A stretch of DNA of 62,962 nucleotides, counting the filler, from Craspedostauros australis (taxonomy: Eukaryota): NCBI GenBank assembly GCA_030167865.1. It is 11 parts of 11 records of this genome, joined end to end, with 100 filler letters (N's around TTAATTAATTAA, not from the genome) between each part and the next. Parts side by side here need not be neighbours in the genome. Positions count along the whole stretch, not along the records: positions 1 to 27,838 come from JALAGF010002697.1; positions 27,939 to 30,246 come from JALAGF010002703.1; positions 30,347 to 38,786 come from JALAGF010002704.1; 8 more parts are not named here. The stretch is one strand, 5' to 3'. The position numbers and the translations under genes were made by a program. The notes beneath the pieces were generated by a model that saw nothing but the letters and a program-made list of their open reading frames with translations, ran no database searches and had not been told where the DNA came from. Positions 23,505 through 34,620 of this stretch are shown one piece after another (positions within the stretch are counted from its first letter, which is position 1; each line of letters begins with the position of its first letter).

Positions 23505-24584
23505 TCATCCTTGGGGGTCGTCGTCATCGTGGTGGCCGCTTCCGATGATGATGCTGCTGTTTCTGCTATGTTGGCAATGGAGAGCCGTGAAATGAAATGT
23601 GGCGAAGCGAAGGAAAACGAAGGATGAACGTGAGTGAGATTTGAGCATCGAGTGCACTGCAACAGAATTCAACCTCCACGCTAAGCAACGCGATAGCAAG
23701 GCACGATATGTGCTTGAGTATTCTTCCCATCGCGCCACCGTCATGGACATACCTTGTGGACTGAACCCCGGCGGCGATCGCATCGCGTTCTTTCGAAATG
23801 TCGCAGCTCGAGACTTGCAAATGAATACGTTCTGTCGACATCTCATGCCTTGCTTGTACAGGCGCGGTGTCGTCACCGCAGGGCTGCGCGCCGTGGAAAG
23901 TTTCGCTAGCTCGACTGCTCCATCCTCCTTGTCGTTGCTGACTTGTGGACTCGCGAGTGCTTTGGCGTAGGAACTCGGACGTTGCGTCTTGCAATGCGGG
24001 ATCGACCACTGCGCCGCACGTCGCACGGTTGCCTTGGCTTGCATCACCGACTTTGGAAGCGGCGATGACCATCGTGATGGACGTTGCGTCGAGGCTTGCG
24101 GCACCAAGACACCAGTGCGTGCCGCAATGTGACCACGCGGCGACTTGCAGCAACTGTTCTCCTTGAGCTCGGCGCTGCGTTGCGGCGGCTGCTTGGGGAT
24201 GATGACAGGATCGTCGCAGAGCCTGCGCGATTGTGAGACTTGACCGTGCTTCGCAACAATCGATGCGAACGTTCTTGGTGGTGACTGCGTCATGTTGGCG
24301 ACGTGCTTGGCTTCGACGTTGGAGGCAAGGGCAGGGACAGCGAGGATGGTGGTGATGGTGGCAGGGGACAACGACGATGATGACAGAGGCAAAAGTTCAA
24401 TTGGTGGGACAATGAGTCCATTTGAAAAGGTTGGTGGGTCCGAAATTGTGGCGGTTCGATGAGGATGTCGTGCCAACATGAGTGATGCAACAAAGGACAG
24501 ATCCAACACCACCAAGACAGTTCGCCGAGGAAACAAGCAGTCCACCAAGAAACCAGACCTGTGGCAAGAAAGGACAATTTTCAA
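23505..24584 (-). CDS. Hypothetical low-complexity protein (structure uncertain; may splice to 23225-23560)
   Basis: 359-aa ORF rich in S/P/R with no recognised domain. Confidence 0.3.
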   Translation of the reverse strand: MKIVLSCHRSGFLVDCLFPRRTVLVVLDLSFVASLMLARHPHRTATISDPPTFSNGLIVPPIELLPLSSSSLSPATITTILAVPALASNVEAKHVANMTQSPPRTFASIVAKHGQVSQSRRLCDDPVIIPKQPPQRSAELKENSCCKSPRGHIAARTGVLVPQASTQRPSRWSSPLPKSVMQAKATVRRAAQWSIPHCKTQRPSSYAKALASPQVSNDKEDGAVELAKLSTARSPAVTTPRLYKQGMRCRQNVFICKSRAATFRKNAMRSPPGFSPQGMSMTVARWEEYSSTYRALLSRCLAWRLNSVAVHSMLKSHSRSSFVFLRFATFHFTALHCQHSRNSSIIIGSGHHDDDDPQG

Positions 24585-26477
24585 AATCGTCGACTTCGAG
24601 AATTTCAGTCATGTATGATTATCGACACCATCGACCATTGTGACTACATGGACTCAATGGACCGTGTTTTGGCATCACGCTACGCTCGTACGAGCGATGT
24701 CTGCGGGTAGAGAGAGAGTTTGCGACAACAACTTCAACAACAACGACAAAGCTATGATGTCGACTTCACCACAACTCTTCATCCTCTCCAACTACGTTGG
24801 CTAGCCAAGAGGGAACACGATGAGATGACATGTTCGGATGTGGCCTGTGACCTCTTTGGCGTACCTGTGTGAAGGCAAACGAAGTGTGCGTTTGCGGGGG
24901 AGGACATGGATGGTGGTTCATGTGGGTGCAGAAGAGGTCTCCTGTCCAATACCCGAGATGGTCGTCATGGGTTCTGTCACCATGGGGAGGACAGAAAGGC
25001 CATCGCAGCTGTCCCCCCTGTTCGGGGCAGACGAGAACAATAGTCAACAGACGCCCACAACAGAATGCACAATCACGATGTGCGTACATCATGAGAACCG
25101 TTCCGATGCAACGGGGCACTGGATCGTACTCTGTGAGAGAGAAGCGGTTGACCACATCGGAGCAGTCAATCAAGCTGTCTTGATAATCGCGCTCTTTCCA
25201 ACGCGTCATGTCGAAAATTGGGTGCACCATCCCTCAAGTCTTCGACGACCAATGGCGAATGTCGTGCCAAACATCAAAATCATCAATTTGTTCTTCGTGG
25301 ACGCCGCAGAGCCAATCAACACCGGCGGGCGGGTCGCAGAATCCTTCTGTTGCCGCACAGAACAATTCCCTGCCCTTCTGGGGATGGCCAAAGTGATGGG
25401 TAAGATACCTTTTCGGATGTGGACGCGTCCATCAACGCGCTTTGTCTGCCTCATTCCTGCAGGTCTCCACAGAGTGTGTGGCCTCACTGCATCTGCCACA
25501 GATGGTATAATACAATGCATCTCTTGGTGCTCTGATCGAGATTGGCCGTGCTCCAACGCTTGACTCAGCATGCCTTGCCTTTGGAATGGTGGGATTGTTC
25601 GAACATGATGGGATGAGATGCTCGAGCGAATTCGTTGTGTGGTGGATTGTCCTTTGTCAACCTCTTGACGAGAGGCATCATCGTCGTGCGATTGAAGCAA
25701 ACGTGGAGAGACTGATGCCTCTTCGCACGTACCAAACACTCCCAAGCATCAAACGCAGCACTCCACCCGGGGGCACAATCACAAATGGTCGATCCGCGAT
25801 CAGCGACTTGCAATCAGCGATGCTGCACTGTATCACTCTCATCGGAGGACGCGCATTCACAGATCTGAAGGCGCCATCGCAACGACGATACGTCCGCTCC
25901 ACTTTCTCTCTCTACCTACCTCTTTGTTGTGTTCCCATCCCTTGGGGTTTCGTTCAGCCCTTTTGCGCACTCAACCATTTTCATTTCCATCCGTCACATT
26001 GACAATCCTGATTGACATCTCGTTCAGTATTTCATCATCCCAAGGCAGCGTGGCCACAGCGAAGCATTCACCCTCTTGTACCCGTCCGCCCCCAAACGAA
26101 ATTGTATGCCACCCAGAGACAGATCCGCTTCTTCCATCATTCATCCATGTGATAGTACGCTCTCGCGCCTCTCACGCACTCGCCGAACTCCATCCATCTC
26201 CGCACGTCTCTTTTCAGCTCGCCGCTACCATCTCGTTGAATGAACGGGCGGCTACAGCACACACACATCCAAAACGCACCCTTACTGCACGGGTGCAGTT
26301 GTTTGGCGGCATCGTCTGCATCGCAATTGCTCATAAAACCATCACATCGATCAAACCTCGTCGACCTCCATTACAGGTCATCGTTCCGTTTCACATCGCA
26401 TCACACCAACACCATCCTCTGCAAACGCACTCGTCAACACCAACCGCATCCACATTTGAACCATCTGACGCAACAAG

Positions 26478-27014
26478 ATGCCGATCGAAGCCTCCCTCAC
26501 CAAAGTCCTTGACATCCGCTTCATCGATGCAAGGAAGCTCACGTCAGAGGCCAAGCTCAATCTCCATGTCCGCGGTTACCCGACAGCGGAACAGGAAAGG
26601 GAAATGCTGAAGGAAGCCATCCGCTTGTTCGTGGCGCAGCCAGAACAACAGCAGAATGATATGAGAATGCAGAGGCAAAGCCTGGACAACCTTCTGGAGG
26701 ATGCTCGCGTTGTGAAGGCTGGCAACATGAAGGCCAAAAGCAACAAGCAACTGAATACGCCCAACGCAGGCAAGTCTCGACGCCGCCAACGATTATCCAT
26801 CACTAGCCGTGAGAGTGACAGCGGGAGTTCCGACTTGGGCAACAGACGAGGCGACCGCAGTTCTCGCACCAACCCAAGCAAGGATGACAAGATCGACAGG
26901 TACAGCAGCCACTCTCTGGATGACGCGACGTCCGAATCAGAAGGCACATCGACAGGGCTGGCGGCTCCATCCAAGGCGGTCGTGGCGGATTCGCAGTGCT
27001 GCGTGATTCTTTGA
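26478..27014 (+). CDS. Hypothetical protein with C-terminal CaaX box (QCCVIL)
   Basis: 178-aa ORF with an ordered-looking N-terminal region, a disordered S/R-rich middle and a CVIL-stop end. Confidence 0.7.
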   Translation: MPIEASLTKVLDIRFIDARKLTSEAKLNLHVRGYPTAEQEREMLKEAIRLFVAQPEQQQNDMRMQRQSLDNLLEDARVVKAGNMKAKSNKQLNTPNAGKSRRRQRLSITSRESDSGSSDLGNRRGDRSSRTNPSKDDKIDRYSSHSLDDATSESEGTSTGLAAPSKAVVADSQCCVIL

Positions 27015-27606
27015 CCTGCTCATCCTCCGCGCGCAGACGCCTTCAACGATAATGAGAATAAGAGAGGGGACCAAGAACCACTTCTCACAGGATGATTCCA
27101 AGGGAGAGGACACGGCGGATGGAGGGCATGGGGCGGTTCCGGGGAGAACGGGCCACCCTGATGATCCACACTCGTGTTGTAGCACACCATCGAAGTGTTC
27201 TGATGGAATTCAGCCACTGTACGAGTATGATACCAGCAGAGTACTCTCATCGTACTTGTATGGTGCATGTGTAATAGTCATAGAGTAAATCAATCCATCA
27301 CAAGTCACCCCACGATACCATACATTCCGATTCACATCTTCTTGGTCTTTCTGTTTCCATTTCTGTTTCCTTCTCTCGGTTGTTTCTGTGGTCGTGTTGC
27401 CTGTACAATTGCGGGTATCATGGGCATGTTTTATCGATGCAAGCTCAACATTCGGTAGTAGCTGTGTGTCCTGATACTCTTGTGTACGCGTGGTACTTGC
27501 CCCAACCACACGCAGTGCCCTTTTCTACGTGATTGTATGTCTATTTTCGATCATGTCTACGGCGCATACATAGGCTTCTTTCTCGACTGCGACCGTGGAC
27601 TCAATC

Positions 27607-27670
27607 CACGTTTGGTACACATACACGTTTGGTACATACATACACGTTTGGTACATAAATACACGTTTGG
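27607..27670. repeat. 4 tandem copies of a 17-19 bp unit containing CACGTTTGG
   Basis: Copies at 27607, 27624, 27643 and 27662. Confidence 0.85.
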
Positions 27671-27882
27671 AAAATCAGATCCAAAACAAGAAACATCTCC
27701 CCACAAAATCGAACAAAACAAACAAAATCAACACCAACAAGATGACAAGAACAGCAAACATGCCCAGCAGCAACACCGCCAAACCAAGTGCCCAACACAA
27801 GGACCGCCCCACCCGCATCTTCCGCGCCATGTGGGATGNNNNNNNNNNNNNNNNNNNNNNNNNNNNNNNNNNNNNNNNNNNN

Positions 27883-27894
27883 TTAATTAATTAA
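27883..27894. other. Artificial contig linker TTAATTAATTAA flanked by N runs (also at 30291, 38831, 45867, 47331, 50725, 57189, 58768, 60333, 61719)
   Basis: The identical 12-mer with stops in all six frames sits between N blocks, ten times. Confidence 0.97.
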
Positions 27895-27938
27895 NNNNNN
27901 NNNNNNNNNNNNNNNNNNNNNNNNNNNNNNNNNNNNNN

Positions 27939-28121
27939 GAGTGCAGATGGACTGGCACGGAATGACACAGCGATCGATGCTGGCTGAGCACGACGAGCCA
28001 TAGTGATGGATGGAGTCAATCCCACCGGAAATCCGTCAACGCTGGTGTTGCCACTGTCGTTCTGAATGCTGAACGCAGTCACCATGGCGAAGGCGAGAGA
28101 GGGGATAGAGAGGAGCTTCAT
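27939..28121 (-). CDS. N-terminus of a signal-peptide-bearing (possibly plastid-targeted) protein, copy 1, truncated by gap
   Basis: MKLLSIPSLAFAMVTAFSIQ...MARRAQPASIAVSFRASPSAL. Confidence 0.5.
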
Positions 28122-30063
28122 CTTGATGGTTGGTTGGCTGAATGTTGGCTGATTATTGGTGTTGGCTAGTTGATGTTGGATCGTTGAAGGTTGTTGGTTG
28201 ATCGTGAACAACCGTTGGTGGCTCTCCGTGTGATTTCTCTCTGATTGCTCAGATTTTGATTTTGTGAGGACAAGGGATCTGCCCGAACGATCTCTGTTTT
28301 AGCCACATCATGTGCTCCTGTTTCGCAGGTCGTATGTACGCAACACGTGGGGACAGCCCTGTTTTCTGACCAATACGTGGTCTTCGGCCTCTGTTGTCGC
28401 CAAGCCATGACTACCGTCTGTATCTGCATGGCATGGCATGCCATAGCCATGATCACGGATGGGATAGCATAGCGAATGAATGCAAGATCATGTACTTTTT
28501 GCAAGATCATGTATGCGGTTTGGATGGCATGGGGCGTTTGCATAATAGATACAGGAAGGGCAACGATGATCACATGCTGCATAACGGATCAGTTCCGAGA
28601 AACATTTCATTCAGACTGACCTGCCGAGGCCGACCCATCCGCTGTGCAAGGATTGATCGTGTGGGTTTGATCTGCTGAGAGGAACATAGTCCGACAGTAT
28701 CCTGGCGATGCTGCAGGAGCGTTTCTCTCTGTTGTGTCAGCTCCTGTGATGGGTCGATGTCGAGTCGATGTTGGAACTGTGTTGAGGCTGAGAGGTAGCA
28801 TTGCGTGTTTGTGTGTGTGTGTGTGATGTTCCTTCAGGATGTGTGTGAATGAGGACAGCATGGTGGGTGGGTTTTGATCATCGTGCTGGTGATTTTGGTT
28901 TTGTTGGTGGTTTGGAATTTATGCGACGACGAAGGGGCGATGTGTACTGCCGAATCTGAGTGGTGTTCGGATGCGTCGACAGTTATCATTTTTCCAGTCG
29001 ACTTGTTCTTTCGATTTTCGCAACAGGAGGAGCGCATCTCTGTGGCGCATTTTGGATGACGGAAGATTTATTGATGGCGCGGCGACGAAATGTAACAAAA
29101 GATTGGTGTTGCGAAGTGTCCTGTTGTTGCTCTGTGCTCGCGGACTCTGCGGTTGTGGTCAACCGCGGTTGTGTGCGATTGGGGACTCGGCGTTTCCACA
29201 AACCTGTTTCGGTGAGCGAGTCTGCTGTCGTGATCAGGGGTAAACAAGAGCGTGTTGTGTTGATGACTTGGCGATACTGACCCTTCAGTGACGTGAGCGA
29301 CGACATTGGCAAAAACCCACCCACCATGCTGTCCTCATTCACACACATCCTCAAGGAACATCACACAAACACGCAAACACTCAATGATACCTCTCAGTTC
29401 CAACACGGATCCAACGTCGACTCGACATCGACCCATCACAGGAGCTGACACAACAGAGAGAAACGCTCCTGCAGCATCGCCAGGATACTGTCGGACTATG
29501 TTCCTCTCAGCAGATCAAACCCACACGATCAATCCTTGCACAGCGGATGGGTCGGCCTCGGCAGGTCAGTCTGAATGAAATGTTTCTCGGAACTGATCCG
29601 TTATGCAGCATGTGATCATCGTTGCCCTTCCTGTATCTATTATGCAAACGCCCCATGCCATCCAAACCGCATACATGATCTTGCAAAAAGTACATGATCT
29701 TGCATTCATTCGCTATGCTATCCCATCCGTGATCATGGCTATGGCATGCCATGCCATGCAGATACAGACGGTAGTCATGGCTTGGCGACAACAGAGGCCG
29801 AAGACCACGTATTGGTCAGAAAACAGGGCTGTCCCCACGTGTTGCGTACATACGACCTGCGAAACAGGAGCACATGATGTGGCTAAAACAGAGATCGTTC
29901 GGGCAGATCCCTTGTCCTCACAAAATCAAAATCTGAGCAATCAGAGAGAAATCACACGGAGAGCCACCAACGGTTGTTCACGATCAACCAACAACCTTCA
30001 ACGATCCAACATCAACTAGCCAACACCAATAATCAGCCAACATTCAGCCAACCAACCATCAAG

Positions 30064-30246
30064 ATGAAGCTCCTCTCTATCCCCTCTCTCGCCTTCGCCA
30101 TGGTGACTGCGTTCAGCATTCAGAACGACAGTGGCAACACCAGCGTTGACGGATTTCCGGTGGGATTGACTCCATCCATCACTATGGCTCGTCGTGCTCA
30201 GCCAGCATCGATCGCTGTGTCATTCCGTGCCAGTCCATCTGCACTC
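30064..30246 (+). CDS. N-terminus of a signal-peptide-bearing protein, copy 2, truncated by gap
   Basis: Identical mirror of 28121-27939. Confidence 0.5.
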
Positions 30247-30345
30247 NNNNNNNNNNNNNNNNNNNNNNNNNNNNNNNNNNNNNNNNNNNNTTAATTAATT
30301 AANNNNNNNNNNNNNNNNNNNNNNNNNNNNNNNNNNNNNNNNNNN

Positions 30346-31778
30346 NGTTGCGATCTTCCCACACCTGGCAGCTTGGAAAGGACCTTGTTGGACCAGAAGA
30401 GCTGCATGGCCGATTTGGCGAGCGACTTCAACAGTCTCTTCTTGCACACGAAGGATGTTTGGGCGGCGGGCAGGATGTCGACGTAGACATCGACGCACAT
30501 TTGTCTGGAGACCATGTAGGCCCCGATGACGGAACCGGCCGAGCTGCCGTAGATGGAATCGAAGGCATCCGAGAGACCGAGAGAGGCTATCGCGGCTGCC
30601 ATGCCAGCCGAGACGCAGCCACGCATGCCGCCGCCTTCGATGGCGAGTGCGACNNNNNNNNNNNNNNNNNNNNNNNNNNNNNNNNNNNNNNNNNNNNNNN
30701 NNNNNNNNGCAAGGATTTGCAGGACGTCGTGCGATAGCATGTCTTGGACGTCCTTCTCGGCCAGGTCGATCTCGAGTTGCACATCCTTGAAGGCGACTCC
30801 GTCGTCGAGAACGGCTTGTTGCAGTTCGGCAGCGTTGGCGACTGGGCGCTTTCTGCCTTTGCCTCTACCTTTCTTCCTGTTGTTGTTGTTGTTGTCGTTG
30901 CCGTTGCCGTTGCTCTCATTGTTGTTGTTGTTGGTGGTGGCCGATCGACGCGATGCGATATCGCTTGATGGGAAGAGGGAGAATGATGTTGGACTGTCAT
31001 TGTTGTTGGTATTGTCGTCGCCGTTGACCACGAAGTTGAAGGATGCGTGCGACTCCTGCTCCACCACCGATGGCATGACCTGCCGAAGTTCCGTGACAAG
31101 AGAAGTGTGCCGGACTCTGCGTCGGAGCCTGTTCGATGCCTTGCGCGCAACGTTGAGCACCGCCAGAACCTTACCGTAGCTGAGATTCATGGTATCGTTG
31201 TTATTATCGATGGTGATGTTGTTGCTGGTTGTGCTTGTGGTGGTGCGAGTTGGAATGTCTCCAATGCTCGAAGATGTGAGAGTTGGACGATGAATGTTCA
31301 CATCGATGTTGCCGTTATTCTTCTTCTTCGCGTGATGCTTCGTACCAGGAATGGAAAACATGAGGACATTCTTTCGTTTGTGATGGGTCGAATCTGCACG
31401 CGGATTCGCAGACGAATCTTGTCCATGACGTCGTTTGCCTCGGTGTTTGATGGCAGTCTTGGTGCTGAGAAATGCCTGTTTCAGGGAACGTCGACGGGTC
31501 TTTGGTGAGATTCGTTCTTGATGGTTCACGGAAGAAGATGCCAGGTCATGATGATGGTTGTGCTGGTGGCAGCGTTTGTGCCTGTGTCTGTGCGAGTGTG
31601 TCGATTGCAAGCGTGAATCCTCGCCATGCACGGAGATGCCATGCTCGAATCTCTTCACCCTTTGGGCATCGAGACTCTCGATTCTTGTTGCGGCTGCTGG
31701 ACGAGGGAGCGTGACGTAGGAAGTCGTGGTGATGATGAGAGACAGGGCGATGATTCGTCGGAAGTTGAAGTGCTCCAT
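30346..31778 (-). CDS. Patatin-like phospholipase (3' truncated, internal gap)
   Basis: VALAIEGGGMRG oxyanion motif and FDSIYGSSAGS nucleophile elbow. N-terminal signal/TM segment and long Asn/His-rich extension. Confidence 0.88.
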
Positions 31779-34620
31779 GTTGGCACTGTGATTGTTGCTT
31801 TGTGAAGTACAATAATTGCACAGCGTAAAACAATGTAATAATAGAATAGAATAGATTGCAGGAGTATTCTTCTCAAAGCGTGTCGAGTATGAGTGTGTGG
31901 TGCAACAGAAGTGCCTTTTTTATGAGAAAGAGCCTCTCGTGTGGCACATCCGCATCTGATGTGTCGGCGTTTGCGTTGATGGGCTACGACTCTCGTCCGG
32001 AACTGTGCCCTCCCTCTCGATCAGATGGCCTGCGTGCGATAAGCTCTGCTTTGATGTGTTGCTTGATGCTAAGCAATGCAATGTCATGCAATGCGATGAG
32101 GCGATCCTGGCTTTGGTCTGGAATCGATCACAGTGAAGGGTTGCCAACTGGTCGCAATGGCAGGAGCGCGATCTATTGCGTGTGCGAGGATGATGCGGTT
32201 GTTGCGAAGCGTCGTTTCAAGTGCCAATGCCTTTTGTGCGACACGAAGGCATCACAACAACAGAACACAACGGAAAGCGACAAAACGCAACACAACTCAC
32301 GACTTCGACTTCACACGCGTGATGGTCGAAATGGACACATCACGCCAACACGAGCAACAACGAATCATCACGCTAACGCAAAAGTGCCGCGACAGAACCG
32401 CTTCCTTTTCTGCGGCCTGCGAACCTGAGAATTCGTTGGCTGCCACGACTGAGCAACAATTACGTGGCACGTTTCGTTGAGTCTTGTGAACGAAATTGGT
32501 CCTGATGTGTTCGATCCCAACGACTGCAATCCGAATTCGACAGCCTGGATTGAATCTATGCGGACTGGTGGGAAATCTGATGAATCAATCATGACGACTC
32601 GATCGAACACCGATGATGTTCTTTGTGTGACATGGCTGCCCATAAGTGCGGCGAGGATGACACGGCGTGGAGAACTCCGATTGGCGGCGTGCTGTCACAC
32701 ATCCAGGGACCCAAACTCCGGCCACAAAAAGATCCAGTTTCCGTCTAAACTTTTCTCAAGGACGGTCCGACCGACACATCACATCGTGCTGCGTTTTTCT
32801 TTGTGTGGCGCACATCGAGTGTGTGTCGTGCTCTGTCATGTAGTTGCAACCCATGTCTGTGTGTGTGACGCCGTAATTAGCGCATCTGGCGTGTTGGAGG
32901 CATGTGCTATCGTGCTACTGTGCGGACTTACGCGAGGTATTGCGACCTCGTTGTTCGATGTCCGCGTTGTGTTGGTGGGACTTCAGCCAGTCAGCCGGTT
33001 GGTGGTTTGTGTCTCCTTGTGCACAATCCTGGGAAACAGGCAACCGACATCCACCACAACGAGAACAACGGCAGCGGCAGCCACAACGGCAGCGACAACG
33101 GCGACCACAGTCACGCCAAGAGAAGAAAGGAGAAGAATCCAGAGCCACCAAACGAAGCCAAACGACACAAAGGGCAGACACAGGCCAAGGACAAGTCGAA
33201 GCGGGAGTAGCAGTAAGAGCCAAGCCAAAACACCATCGTAGCATCACCGCATCATACCGACATAGCCCACACAACCAACAAGCACTTGGAAACCTCACAA
33301 ATCTTGAGTTTGCACCTCGGTATCGATACCCCACAACAGCGCATCAACGCAACAACGCAACAGCCCCACCCGAACTCCACCGAACGGTCGCTTCCCTCAT
33401 CTGCATCCGACCCACGCCACAGAGACAGCCATAGTCAAGCCACACCGAACAAAGCCACTCGACTATCTGCTTCTGTGTCCTCCGCTCGTGTTCTCCCCTA
33501 TCATACTCCATCATAGATCATCATAAATCATACTCCACTCCACGCTACAACCATCCACGTTCACCACATTCACCACATCCATCATCACATTCCACCAGCA
33601 GTCACAACAACGTCGATCGTGGAGGGCTGCCAAACTTCGGGTCGGTGGACCGGACAATTCTGTGTTTGTGTCTTTGTTTCTTGTCTTCGTGCTCCATCCG
33701 TGTCCACGAGTCTTCTCTCGTCATCATCCTCTCCATCAACCTCTCCATCAACAACATCAACAACATCATCGTCTCTGTGTCCCATCCGGTCCAGCCAGCA
33801 GCCATCCGCGGAAGCGTCAGTCACTTCCATCATCCCAAAACCGTGCATGTCCGCCATCCCTTCGTTCCGCCAGATCCACCTTCACTGCCTCGAAGCCATT
33901 CATTCCCTCAACGTGCACTTGCCGATCGGCTGACAGTCGGAGAAACGCTTCTTCTTCGCATCATAATCAAGTCAACAGCAGCAGGCTTCACTGCTCAGCA
34001 CTGTTTCTCAAGTCTGTCACACCCACCAACAAAGATTTACAGTGCTCTACACCCAGTTTGGCACAAAGACCGCCGCTGTCAACATCCATCCATCTAGTCT
34101 CATCGACGGCTTGTCTACCAAGCGCACTCGAAGAACGTGCCTTCATAGAGTCTACATACCCTACCCTACATACCCAACCATCCACACTCAAACAGAACGA
34201 GAACCACAGCGGTCATCATTGGCGCAATCAACAACAGAATCGCCAACACCAAACAACACTCGCAACTGACGCAGCCGAAGCCGCAGCCACCCACGTAGAC
34301 TCCGTCTAGCGCGCACCACAACGTTCGCCTTTGCATCCACATCGAATCAAAGCACATTCCCAACCACCAAACCTTCCTCGTACTGCGAAAGTATAGAATC
34401 TACTCGAACGATAACCGCATCAAGCGTTCGCCGTCGCATCTGCACCGCATCCAAGAGCGTAAAGAAGGCCGAACGAAGAGAACGCAACCGAGTCCCGGCC
34501 CTTTCTTCCTCTCTCTCCGCACTCGCAACACATCAACAACACAAACTGCATCATATCCATATCACAATCAACGTCCACACCTACCATACCTACTCCACAT
34601 ACATCCGACCTGCGCATGAT

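Larger units (their letters stand above)
27939..30246. repeat. Long inverted repeat spanning the whole contig (arms ~27939-28875 and ~29310-30246, unique spacer ~28876-29309)
   Basis: Mirror ORFs have identical translations (28166-28582- and 29603-30019+). Paired coordinates sum to 58185. Confidence 0.95.

Noticed and set aside
24766..25745. Possible minus-strand coding remnant (…WHDIRHWSSKT*GMVHPIFD…)
   Set aside because: It is interrupted by stops, has no recognisable domain, and I could not build a consistent splice model.
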